A stretch of 64,000 nt of DNA from Cenarchaeum sp. (GTDB lineage: Archaea > Thermoproteota > Nitrososphaeria > Nitrososphaerales > Nitrosopumilaceae), in NCBI GenBank assembly GCA_965242695.1, contig CBDESU010000001.1, positions 1,440,001-1,504,000 of the forward strand, in the 5' to 3' direction. The notes below the pieces were generated by a model, which saw only the letters and a list, made by a program, of their open reading frames with translations, searched no databases and was not told where the DNA came from. Made by a program: the position numbers and the translations under genes. Of the stretch, positions 50,143 to 60,047 are shown in pieces; the first letter of the stretch is position 1; each line of letters starts with the position of its first letter.

Positions 50143-52227
50143 ATGTCATGCATAGACGACTTTGCAGAGTGGTGCAAGCCCGTCGTTCGCAAGATGAGCG
50201 TCAAGGACAGGATCATGGCAGAGGGCCTGATCATGCTGGTGTCGAAGGTGGCAAAAAGGCACCCCTTCCTGTTCCTCCCAGACTTCGTAGACGATGTGGT
50301 GGGCGGACTGCAGACGAGGGACATAATGGCCGCGCATCGCATAGCGTCACAGGGCGACTACTACAGCATTGTGAACGACACCGTAAAGCTGAGGGGATCG
50401 CGCTCCAAGGGCAGGGCGAGCAGCAGGGAGAAGAACCTGGCCAACGACGGGTGGCGCGAGCGGTACGACGCAATCATGCTTCCGTCCGCTACGCTGTACG
50501 ACCTGCTAGCGGATCTTTATCGATGCAACACGCTGGCAGCGGCAGTCGCTGACGCCGTCCTCAGGGAACGATACATCCCGGGCGCCGGCCTGCTGCCGGC
50601 AGTCCTCAAGTCGTACGACGGAGTCAAGGCCCGCATCCACGCGCCGCGCGCAATGCATGCGAGAGTCGAACGGGAAGAATGCGACGACGACAGGGTGCGG
50701 CACGTGGTGTCCCGCCTTGCCGCACAGGGCCACGTCACCTATATCGACGGCAACGTTTCCGTGCCCGAAAAGTACTCGCGGATCGACAGCGTGGTTTACG
50801 AGATCCTGGGCAGGAAGGAGGATGGCGTATCGTACCAGGCCCTCATGTCGGCAGCCATGCAAAAGCTGCACCTCCTAAAGCTGGTGCCCGGCACAGGCAT
50901 CATCGACGACTGCCTGACCAGGCTGGAGGACAAGGGCCTCATAGTGCACAGGCGAACTACTTCAGGCCATACCGGCCAAAGCGTGCAGATCTTCGCCAAG
51001 GGAATATACGATCGCCGTATGGAGGAAGCAAGGAGCGCCGCCGTATCGACGAAGATCAAGTTCTTTGGCAGAAGGACATCGCCGGACCAGTTCGTCAGCG
51101 AGCTGCGCCGGCTAGATCCGGGCGGCCTGGACGACAGGGACTGCCAAGTCGCCCGAATTGCCGGGCTGATGATGAGCGACGTGGCCGCACCGCAGGGGCC
51201 AAGGGACCCTACGGGCGCGTTCGACTTCGTGGTCGACGTGTCAGACTACGAGTTCAGGCCGGAGCAGGTGGGCCTCATGAGGCGCCTCGACTTTGAGGCT
51301 GCGTCCACGGTACTCCACTGCAAGGTTATGATAGACGAGACGGTCACTGCGTCAGTGCTGGCCAGGCTCGCCTACGCGCTGCCCGAGGGGGAGCAGGGAG
51401 TGGTCTTCACGTGCAGGAAGGTTCCGCCCGCGGTGGCCGCCGCGGCCAAAAAGGACAGGAGCATCCAGGTGATAGACAAGCGCGGCATACTCGAGTGGTG
51501 CTCGATCGCTCCCGTGACGCCGTGCAGGAAAGGCTCGGCGGTTCTTGTAAAGTACGGAAGCGCCGTAGGCCGGGCGGCCATTGTGAGCGCGCTCAACTAC
51601 GAGTCGGGCATGGCCACCGTGATCCTCGCCCCGGATCGGGCGGAGGCAACCCTTCCCATCGGGTCCCTAAAGGAGGTCGGGCCCGACGCGCACTCTGCCG
51701 GCGGCGAGTTTGCCGAGGTCTCTGAGGCGTTCTTTCGCCTGGTCTGCTCGCTGGACAGGATTGCGCCCGGCGCCTTTGAGGACGGCATCGGCGAATGCGA
51801 TGCGCAGGTATACGGGAGCCGCAGGGAGATGATGGAGGGCACGAGGCCCGAGCTGTTCAACGACCCGACGCACCCGCCCTATCCCGTAGAGCCCGATGCG
51901 TCCGAGTTTGTCCGCTACGTGTCGTTCGAGGGGGACACGCACGTGGAGATCACCCCCGTGTCCGGGTCCACGCTGGCGTGCACGTGCCTCCACAGCGTCA
52001 ACGAGGAGTACAGGACGACGCTGTGCAGGCACATGGTGGCCGCAATACCCGCGGCCATAGCGCAGGAGCCGGACCCGCTGGGAGCCATAGCATGGATGGA
52101 GGAAAGACTGGCAAGGATCAAGGAGGAGAACGTCAGGCGCACGTCGCTGGCCGTGGGCTATGCGCTCGGCGCCAGGCGCGTGGGTATCCTCCAAAGGTAC
52201 CTGCGGGCGCGAGCCGACGAGGGCTAG
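50143..52227 (+). CDS. wHTH-like / Mrr-like / KOW-SH3-like / SWIM protein, copy 2
   Basis: Full-length colinear paralog of 45372-47468. Confidence 0.7.
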   Translation: MSCIDDFAEWCKPVVRKMSVKDRIMAEGLIMLVSKVAKRHPFLFLPDFVDDVVGGLQTRDIMAAHRIASQGDYYSIVNDTVKLRGSRSKGRASSREKNLANDGWRERYDAIMLPSATLYDLLADLYRCNTLAAAVADAVLRERYIPGAGLLPAVLKSYDGVKARIHAPRAMHARVEREECDDDRVRHVVSRLAAQGHVTYIDGNVSVPEKYSRIDSVVYEILGRKEDGVSYQALMSAAMQKLHLLKLVPGTGIIDDCLTRLEDKGLIVHRRTTSGHTGQSVQIFAKGIYDRRMEEARSAAVSTKIKFFGRRTSPDQFVSELRRLDPGGLDDRDCQVARIAGLMMSDVAAPQGPRDPTGAFDFVVDVSDYEFRPEQVGLMRRLDFEAASTVLHCKVMIDETVTASVLARLAYALPEGEQGVVFTCRKVPPAVAAAAKKDRSIQVIDKRGILEWCSIAPVTPCRKGSAVLVKYGSAVGRAAIVSALNYESGMATVILAPDRAEATLPIGSLKEVGPDAHSAGGEFAEVSEAFFRLVCSLDRIAPGAFEDGIGECDAQVYGSRREMMEGTRPELFNDPTHPPYPVEPDASEFVRYVSFEGDTHVEITPVSGSTLACTCLHSVNEEYRTTLCRHMVAAIPAAIAQEPDPLGAIAWMEERLARIKEENVRRTSLAVGYALGARRVGILQRYLRARADEG

Positions 52228-53129
52228 TCCGCCTCGACCTCGTCCGCCAGCTGGCGCAGGACGTCGGGGTCCACGTCGCCGATGTCAGACTCTAGCATCT
52301 CGAATATCTTGAGGGCATCGGGATCGCTCTCCAAGATGCCCCGTATCTTTTCCCCAAGCGCGGAGGAGTTGTCATGGCCGCCGCCGCCAGAGTCGGGCAC
52401 GTCTACCTGCCCGTCCGCCTGCGCTGCGGGTTGCTCGCCCTGTCCGGCATCCCCGGCCGCGGATCCGGCGCTCCTGTACCACGGGTCGTGCCCAAGCTTG
52501 TCGAGAAAATTCTCCCACGAGTCGAATTCGTCGTCGTATGCTCCGGCGCCTACCGGCGAGGCTTTTTCAAACTCGGCCTTGGTCGGCACCCTGTCCAGGT
52601 TCCATTTGACCTTCTCAAACTCGATCAGCAGCGATATCTTGTTCGGCGGATCGATGTCGTATGCAAGGTCCAAGAGCTCGCTCACGTCGCCGAACTCCTC
52701 CCGTAGGCTGCTGATCATGCCGGCAGGGAGGTAGCCGGCGCCCGCCCCCACTACGTCGTCCCGGCTCTCAGGCATGGCGGCGGCCAGTCCCTGGAGCAGG
52801 CCGGCGCGCTGCCGGTTAAAGTAAGACAGATCGACGCTGGATGCGCCATGGTTTTTCTGTCCTGCGCCGGCACGGCGCGCCGCCCCAGGCCGCGGCTTGT
52901 ACCGGACGATGCGCCGCCTCGCCTGCAGCTTGTGCTTGCAGCACCGGCAATGCCAGCCAACCGTGCCGGCCGCCGCAATCGTGCCGTCCTCTAGGCGGGC
53001 CCCCTTTGCATCGACCCAGACGTCGCATATCTGGCACCGCGCCTGCCCTTCTCCGTACTGGCCCGTCCCCGCAGGCTTGTCCGCTGCGTATTTTCGGCAC
53101 GTTCTGCGGCAAACCGGCCTGCGGCCCAT
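52224..53129 (-). CDS. Zinc-ribbon + HNH-associated-repeat protein, copy 2
   Basis: Paralog of 47465-48379; TTTATA box at ~53153-53158. Confidence 0.7.
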   Translation of the reverse strand: MGRRPVCRRTCRKYAADKPAGTGQYGEGQARCQICDVWVDAKGARLEDGTIAAAGTVGWHCRCCKHKLQARRRIVRYKPRPGAARRAGAGQKNHGASSVDLSYFNRQRAGLLQGLAAAMPESRDDVVGAGAGYLPAGMISSLREEFGDVSELLDLAYDIDPPNKISLLIEFEKVKWNLDRVPTKAEFEKASPVGAGAYDDEFDSWENFLDKLGHDPWYRSAGSAAGDAGQGEQPAAQADGQVDVPDSGGGGHDNSSALGEKIRGILESDPDALKIFEMLESDIGDVDPDVLRQLADEVEAD

Positions 53130-53521
53130 GCGGGAAGCGGCCAGGCGGCGCGTATAAAGAGCATTCTGGACGGTCAGGGCGGCGACCGTTCGGGGGTGGG
53201 GCGGCCTGCGGGCGCCCCAAGGCGGCGGCAATGTCCCCGCCCGCCCCTGTCGGGCCGAGTTGACGGCCACCACCTCGAGCCCGCCGTCGCCCCTATGGCG
53301 CCGAACCTGCTGGCAAGCGCCCTCCCGAACGGAGTTCCGCAGACGGCGCGCCGCAGATCCGCACATGCCCCCGCAGAGGCCGCGCGCCCTGCAAGGCGCC
53401 CGCAGTGTCGGTCGCCGCTGCCGGACAAGGGGATGCGTCGCGCCGGCGTCCCGCTGTGCCGATGCGTCGCGCCAGAACTGCCATGTGCGTCGCGCGTGCA
53501 GGGCGCCGGCCCCCCGGCCGC

Positions 53522-54700
53522 CTACCCGCCCAAGAACCGGCCGAGCGATGCGACGGCGCCTGCGACCAGGTCGGCGGCCCTGCCCGCATCCTCGTCCGTG
53601 GTGAACCTGCCGAGGCCCACCCGTATCGACGAATGGGCTCGCGCCTCGCCTAGGCCCATCGCCAAGAGGACGTGCGACGGCTCTACGGACTGCGCCGTGC
53701 AGGCAGAGCCGGCCGATATGGCCAGATCCTCGGACACCGAGTTTATGACGGCGCGGCTCTCTATTCCCGGAAAGCACACGCTGACGTTGCGCGCAAGGCG
53801 CCGCGTGCGGTGGCCGTTGAGCAGGCCGCCGGCGGCCTCGAACGCCTTGATCATGCGCGAGGCCTGCGCGGCATGCCGCCTGTTCTCGGACTCCATCTCT
53901 TGCGCCGCAATCCGCGCGGCCGCCCCAAACCCCACTATTCCCGGCACGTTGAGCGTGCCGGATCGTATCCCGCGCTCCTGCCCGCCGCCGCGCAGCAGCG
54001 GCCTTGCCGCCACGCGCGGCCGCAGCCCCCTCACGTACAGCGCGCCGATCCCCTTTGGCCCGTACATCTTGTGCGCCGATAGCGACATCATGCCGACTCC
54101 CGCCCGCTCCGCATCGACGGGCATGTGGCCTGCCGCCTGCGCCGCGTCCGTGTGGAACGCCACGCTGTGGTCGCGCGCGATCCGGCCGATCGCCGCAATG
54201 TCGTGAACCGTTCCAACCTCGTTGTTGGCCGCCATTATGGAGATCAGCGAGGTCCGGCTGGTAACGGCCGCCTCTACGCCGGCAGGATCGGCAAGGCCGT
54301 CCTCGTCGACTGGCACGCGCGTCACGTCGGCCGCGCCGGACGCCTCTAGGTGGGCCGCCACGTCGAGGACCGCGCTGTGCTCGGTCGCGCAGGTTATGAT
54401 GTGGGGACGGGCCGCATCGCCCCCTCTGCCGTCCGCGCCCTGCACCGCCCCGACAAGGGCCGTGTTGTTCGACTCTGTCGCCCCGCTCGTGAATACGATC
54501 TCGGTCGCGCTCCTGGCCCCGACCAGTTCCGCGACCTGCTCGCGCGCCCTTTCGACGGCTTCGGCCGCTGCCGCCCCGTACGCGTGGTCGGCGCTCGACG
54601 CGTTGCCAAACTCGTCGCCAAAGTACGGCAGCATCTCTTCTAGGACGCGCGGGTCGACGGGGGTCGTCGCGTGCGAGTCGAGGTAGATCGGGCGCGTCAT
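53522..54700 (-). CDS. dndA: Cysteine desulfurase DndA/IscS, copy 2
   Basis: YLDSHATT, SAHKMYGPKG, SAGSAC. Confidence 0.92.
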   Translation of the reverse strand: MTRPIYLDSHATTPVDPRVLEEMLPYFGDEFGNASSADHAYGAAAAEAVERAREQVAELVGARSATEIVFTSGATESNNTALVGAVQGADGRGGDAARPHIITCATEHSAVLDVAAHLEASGAADVTRVPVDEDGLADPAGVEAAVTSRTSLISIMAANNEVGTVHDIAAIGRIARDHSVAFHTDAAQAAGHMPVDAERAGVGMMSLSAHKMYGPKGIGALYVRGLRPRVAARPLLRGGGQERGIRSGTLNVPGIVGFGAAARIAAQEMESENRRHAAQASRMIKAFEAAGGLLNGHRTRRLARNVSVCFPGIESRAVINSVSEDLAISAGSACTAQSVEPSHVLLAMGLGEARAHSSIRVGLGRFTTDEDAGRAADLVAGAVASLGRFLGG

Positions 54701-55160
54701 GGATCGCCGCCGCCCTTGCCGCCCCCCGGCGCCCCGTCTCCCGCCCCCGGCGCAACATCGGCGTCCTCCCCGCCCGCCGCCGCCGCCGCCGCATCCTCGC
54801 AGCCGAGCAGCCTCGCAAAGTCGCCGAGACCCCGCACGCGCGGGAACAGCATCCCGGCGCCCCTGTTCAGGTGCGCGCGCATCATGCGGTCGGCGTACAT
54901 TGCAAGGTCAAGCCCGTCCTCGTCGAGGCGGCACCGCAGGGCCGCCGCGTACGCGGCCTCGTGCTCGCCGAACAGGATATGCGGGAGCAGCTCCATGCCC
55001 TTTTCGTCGTACAGGTCGGGGTTTGGCACGGTCTCGTCTGCGAGCGACATGCAGATGCCGAACCTGGCAAGGACGTTTATCGGCAGGCCGGTGCGCGACT
55101 TTAGCTGGCCTAGCTGGCTCTGCGAACGCATCGACATGCGGACGCGGTCTAGCCGGTACA
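54697..55160 (-). CDS. dndE: DndE, copy 2 (start uncertain)
   Basis: QLKSRTGLPINVLARFGICMSL...RAHLNRG. Confidence 0.85.
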
Positions 55161-55162
55161 GC

Positions 55163-57345
55163 CTAGGCCCCCTCCCCCTCTCTCGGCCCTGCCCTGCCGC
55201 CGCCCCTGCCGGCCCCGCCCCCGCCGTCCCCTGCTCTGAGGGGGCCGGCCCCGGAGACATGGGCAAAGCCGCCGCCCCTGCCGGCCCCGCCCCCGCCGTC
55301 CCCAAAGTACCCCTCCCGGACGGCGCTCCGGCGCCCGTCCCCGTCGAACTCGATCACGTACGCCCTCGCCACGCGCGGCCTCAGCCGCGCGTACTCGGCG
55401 GGCCCGATCTCGCGGTCCGTCGAGAGCAGGACGGTCTGGTGCGAGGCCGACGGGTAGAACCTGTCGACCAGGTTCGAGAGGTGCGCGCCGTCGAGCCGGC
55501 CGAGCGGCGTGTCGATCACGAACGGCAGCGGCCGCCCGCTCGTCTTTGCAATGGCCCACAGCAGGGCCGTCCCGATCATCTGCTGCTCGCCCATGGACCG
55601 GAGCGGGACGGGCTCGTCGATGCCCTCTTCGTACGCGCCGACCTCTAGCGTCTCCGGGTCGACTACGATGCGCTCGACGCCGCCCTTGTGGAGCAGGACG
55701 GAGGCGACGGCGAGCAGGTTCTCCTCCAGCTCGCGCATCTTGCGGGCAAGCAGGCCGCCGCGGTACGTCGCCAGCGCGGCCTTCATCCGGCCGGCGAGTG
55801 CGACGCCCTTGTCGGCGCGCTCGTCGCGGCGCATCTCGTCGAGCAGCTTCTTGAGGCGGTTTCTGACGACCTTTAGGTTGGCCTGCCTTGCCGACAGGCG
55901 CTGCCCCATGTGATCGATCTCGGCGCGCAGCGTGCCGATCTCGCGGTGCGCGTCCCGTATGCCCCGCACGCGGGCGGCCATCTCGTCGTCCGACGGGGCC
56001 CGCGCAAGGCCCTCGACCACCTCCTCTAGGCGCGCCTCGGCGGCGGCAAGCCCTGCAAGCTCGCCGCGCAGCGACGGCGGGGGAAACGAGGCGGCCGCGG
56101 CGGCCGCAGTGCGCACGGCGGCCGCCTCTTCCTCGGACACGTCGAACAGGGGCGGCGCAGAGTCGCCCGGGTCGTGCCGGAACATCTCTTCCAGGCGCCG
56201 CGCGATCAGGTCGGCCGCCCTGTCGTCGGCCCTCCCGCCGGGCCAGAACGAGTCTGATCCCATCTCGCGGCGGAGCGCGTCGATCTTTGGGATCGCATCG
56301 GCCGCGGCCGCTGCCGATCGGGCGGCGCCGGCGTCCGCATCGATGCGCGAGACGGCGCGGCCGAGCAGGTCCGATGCCAGCGCCAGCGGGGCCGCCCCCG
56401 ACAGGGCCTCGCGTACGGCCCGCTCGTGCCCGCGCAGGCGCTCCTCAATGGCGGCCTTTTCTGCCAGCAGGCCGGCGCGCAGGTCGGCGTACCCGCCGCC
56501 GGCGCCCCTGATCTTTTGCTCCTCCTCTGCCACATGCGCCTCGGCGGCCTCCAGCTGCCCCCTCTTTGATTGCACCTCGGCCTCGAGCGACTCGACGCCG
56601 GCCACGAGCGCGTCGCGCTCGGCCATCATGTCCTGGTACTGCCTGTACGCGGGGCCCTGTTCGCCGCCGCTGTCGCCGCCGCTGCGCCCCGCCCTCCGCG
56701 CCACGTACAGGTCGAGGTCGGCAGAGAGCCTGTCGACCAGCTCGGCGCCGAGCAGCACGTCGAGCGACTCGCGCATCGGGTTGGGGCCCGCGCCGCCGCT
56801 GCTCCCGCCGGCCGCATCCGCGGCCCCGACGATCTTTTCGCCGTCAAAAAAGAACAGCCGCGCGATGCCGAGCGGTACGAGGCCCTCGACGAACGCCTGC
56901 CACTGCGACTCGTCCGTGTCGGCCAGCACCCAGCCGTTCCTCTCGACGCGCAGCGACTCGGAGACCGCGCGGCCTCCTCCCCCTCCGTCCGAGGGATCGG
57001 CCGCCTCCCAGCTCCGCACCACCCTGTACAGGTCCTCGCTGCCCGCATGCCGGAACCTAAACGACAGTGCTACCGAGGCCGCGCGCGCCCGTTTTCCGCC
57101 CCCCCCCCCCGTGATTTATGGATGCGCGATAGTACGAACGCCTCGTACTCCTTTGCCGTCGTGCGCCTGCCCAGGTGCGCCCGGCCGTACAGGGCGACCA
57201 TCATCGACTCTAGTACGGTCGTCTTGCCGGCGCCGTTGAGCCCGCCGATCAGCACTATCGGGCGGCCCGGCCGCACCGACAGGTCGAACCGGTTCGTTCC
57301 GGCGTACGCGCCGTAGTTTTCGATCTCTAGTCCCTCGAGGAGCGT
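55163..57345 (-). pseudogene. dndD: DndD copy 2: ACG at the expected start, frameshift in a G12 run
   Basis: ACG-LLEGLEIENYGAYAG...GLNGAGKTT, shift at 57099-57110, then FFFDGEK and IDTPLGRLD. Confidence 0.85.
55196..55303. repeat. 36-bp direct repeat / 36-bp insert / repeat (period 72)
   Basis: GCCGCCGCCCCTGCCGGCCCCGCCCCCGCCGTCCCC at 55196-55231 and 55268-55303. Confidence 0.95.
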
Positions 57346-57346
57346 C

Positions 57347-58756
57347 TTAGATCTCCCCCGCCTGCCGCCGCCGCTCGGCCTCTACCTCGGCGGCGGCATC
57401 CATGTCGTCGGCCCACTCCTCGTCGAGCAGGCCGGCGATCCTGCCGTGTATGCCGTGCCTCTTGGCCATGCCCTGCGCGCCGGCCTCGGCCTCTAGCGCC
57501 CTTGCAAGCAGCGGGTACGGCAGGCCGTGCAGGCCGCACGCCGCCTCTAGCTCGGACTGCTCGACGCCGCCGAACGCGCCGAGGTCGTCCCCTCCATCCT
57601 CCAGGTCGACGCCGGCGACGTCCCTGTACAGCTGGAATGCGGAATTGTGCCAGTCGCCCTGCTCGACGCGCCATATGCGCTGTATCTCGCGCACCTCGTC
57701 CTCGCCGATGAGGCTGATGGACGGGTCGGGCCCAGACGAGCGCACCTTGTTCTGCGCCTCGAGGAGCTGCCCGAGCACCTCCTTGCGGAACTTGAACGTG
57801 TACGGGCCGCGCGTGATCCTGTCGTTCCAGAATACGAGCCGGCCGTTGCGGTGCTTGAGGTCACGGAACTCGGCCTTGCGGGCGGGGTCCTGCGTGTCCT
57901 TTAGCACCTGGCGCAGCTCGAGCAGCGGCAGCATCCACTCCTCGCCGTTGTCGATCATGTTCTCCATCGATCGGTCGCGGTCGACGACGGTGCACGTCCA
58001 GCACCCGAACCGGCTGCCGCCGCACGAGGCCGTCTTGGTGTCGACTACGAGGGGGCATTCGCCGGCCTTTGCGTTGCGGTACAGCGAGAGGAGGCCGCGG
58101 TTGTCGCCGCCCCAGGGGCTTGTATTCTGGAGCAGGTAATTCCACACGTCCTTGTCGGTAAAGTCTCGTATGGGCATGTACACGAACGCCTGCGCGAGCG
58201 TGCTGTGGTGCGAGAGGTTGCTGCCGCCGAGCCGGTGCGCGTCGATGACCTGCGCGCGCGTGCTGCTCTCGGCCCTGCGGCTGCCCAGGACGACGACGAC
58301 CTCGCCGTGCTCGGAGACGCGCTCCTCTATGAAGCGGTTGGCGTTCTTGATCTTTAGGCGGTCCGTGCACCAGCGTATGGTGTTTGACGGCGCGGGGTAC
58401 CCCTTGCCGATGAGGCACACCCAGAACGTGTCGGACAGGACGGGCCTGACCAGGCCGGTCTCTAGCGGCAGCGGGCTCGAAGCGGCCGCCTTTTCCATGG
58501 CCTCTAGCGAGCCCGTCACGGTCTCCACTATGCGCGGCTGCTCGACTAGCGTGTCCGACGATATGACGTACACCCTCTTTGAGAGGGCGTCTGCGGGCAG
58601 CTTTGAGAGGGCCGACCAGACGAGCTGCACCGTGCACGTAGAGTCCTTGCCGCCGCTGAACCCGATGATCCACGGCCGGCCGTCGGCCAGGTACGTCTCG
58701 CGCACCTCGTCCTCGATCGCCTCGAGGGTCGTCCCGTCGAACACGGACGCGGCCAT
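57347..58756 (-). CDS. dndC: DndC, copy 2
   Basis: FSGGKDS, RWCTDRLK, CGGSRFGCWTCTVV. Confidence 0.95.
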   Translation of the reverse strand: MAASVFDGTTLEAIEDEVRETYLADGRPWIIGFSGGKDSTCTVQLVWSALSKLPADALSKRVYVISSDTLVEQPRIVETVTGSLEAMEKAAASSPLPLETGLVRPVLSDTFWVCLIGKGYPAPSNTIRWCTDRLKIKNANRFIEERVSEHGEVVVVLGSRRAESSTRAQVIDAHRLGGSNLSHHSTLAQAFVYMPIRDFTDKDVWNYLLQNTSPWGGDNRGLLSLYRNAKAGECPLVVDTKTASCGGSRFGCWTCTVVDRDRSMENMIDNGEEWMLPLLELRQVLKDTQDPARKAEFRDLKHRNGRLVFWNDRITRGPYTFKFRKEVLGQLLEAQNKVRSSGPDPSISLIGEDEVREIQRIWRVEQGDWHNSAFQLYRDVAGVDLEDGGDDLGAFGGVEQSELEAACGLHGLPYPLLARALEAEAGAQGMAKRHGIHGRIAGLLDEEWADDMDAAAEVEAERRRQAGEI

Positions 58757-59781
58757 CAGGCGCCGGCCTCGCAGTGCTCTACAATAATCTTGGCGGCGTT
58801 GTTCATGCCCGCCTTGGTCTTTGTCATCTTGCCTCGTATGATGACCTTGCCGTCCCAGACAGGGTTCGTCCTAGTCCAGTCGATCGTCCGCAGGGCCGGC
58901 AGCATTGCGAGCCACCGGTCGGGGTGCCGCTTGCGGAGCTGGCCGCCCGCTAGCCCGATCGCCTCTAGCATGTTCGTGTTGGCGTGGACGTACTCCTTGC
59001 GCAGCTCGTACGCCGAGACCTTGCCCTCCTCGAGCAGGACCCACTCGGGCACGTTCGACGAGACGGCCTTCCAGAACTCTAGGGCGTCGCGCCTGTCCTG
59101 GTCGGTCAGCCCCTTGGACTTGCCGAGCAGGTTGGCCGTGGCCATGCGCAGGCCGCTTAGCGTAAAAAACTTGACGGAGCGGTTTGAAAGGGTCGTCTTT
59201 TCCATCTCTATGCGGCCCCGAAACACGTCGACCTTGCCGGCCATGTCGACGACGAACTGCGAGAGCGGGTTGCGGCGGTCGTACAGTATGCTGAGGGACT
59301 TTGTCGGCTTGACGGCGTTCTTGTTCAGGTCGGCGAACATCTGCTGGCTCTTCTCTAGGCCGGGGTCTTGGAAGAAGACGACCGAGATCTTGTCGCGGCC
59401 TAGCTGCGGCGACTCCCTGACGGCGTCCTTGATGCCGGCCACGCGGTGCTGTCCGTCGTTGATGAGGATGGCCGCGTCCTGGGACATGCGGATGGTCCCG
59501 AGGTTGGCGCCGGCCGAGACGGGCTCGAAGTCGATCTTGCCGTCGACCGAGACCGTCAGCGACGAGAAGGTGTAGTCCTTTTCGTTCTGGAGGATGTAGT
59601 CGCGGATGCGCGGCACCCTGGACTTGCGCAGGACTCGCTGGGCCCGCTGGAGGGGCGGTATGTCGGCGTCCTGGAAGGTGAAGAGCTTGGCGACGGCCTT
59701 TAGCGTGCACATGGCGATGTAGAAGTCCGAGCCGGCCTGTGAGCCCCTTATGGCCTCAAAGGAGTGTGTGTTTGTGGGCAT
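58756..59781 (-). CDS. dndB: DndB, copy 2
   Basis: AIRGSQA, RAQR, INDGQHR, SQQMFADLN. Confidence 0.93.
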   Translation of the reverse strand: MPTNTHSFEAIRGSQAGSDFYIAMCTLKAVAKLFTFQDADIPPLQRAQRVLRKSRVPRIRDYILQNEKDYTFSSLTVSVDGKIDFEPVSAGANLGTIRMSQDAAILINDGQHRVAGIKDAVRESPQLGRDKISVVFFQDPGLEKSQQMFADLNKNAVKPTKSLSILYDRRNPLSQFVVDMAGKVDVFRGRIEMEKTTLSNRSVKFFTLSGLRMATANLLGKSKGLTDQDRRDALEFWKAVSSNVPEWVLLEEGKVSAYELRKEYVHANTNMLEAIGLAGGQLRKRHPDRWLAMLPALRTIDWTRTNPVWDGKVIIRGKMTKTKAGMNNAAKIIVEHCEAGA

Positions 59782-59797
59782 TCTTGGCGAACGGCCA

Positions 59798-59863
59798 TAT
59801 GGGAAGTATATTATGCTTGTGCCGGACGCCGATACGATAAAGATTATTTATGGGAAGTATATT
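59798..59863. promoter_or_regulatory. 15-bp direct repeats over the dndB2 promoter (candidate operator)
   Basis: TATGGGAAGTATATT at 59798-59812 and 59849-59863. Confidence 0.5.
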
Positions 59864-60047
59864 TTTAGTGCAAACAAGCCATTTCGGCGTCGATTTCGCC
59901 AGCCGCGGCCAGATACAGGCGTCAAAAAGTCGTGCCGACGCCCCCTCAGAGGACTAATCGCGCAAATCAAGGGTGGTGGAGATACCCCATGCGTGCCGCT
60001 GACCACAACCGAGTTAACCTTATGAACCGTCAAGATCCAGGTGGCGC

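Noticed and set aside
52224-54818. 864-aa ORF, and the similar N-terminal extensions on ORFs 31933-34062, 5139-6797 and 37765-39264
   Set aside because: The extensions are off-frame shadows of neighbouring genes; TATA boxes and paralogs support shorter starts.
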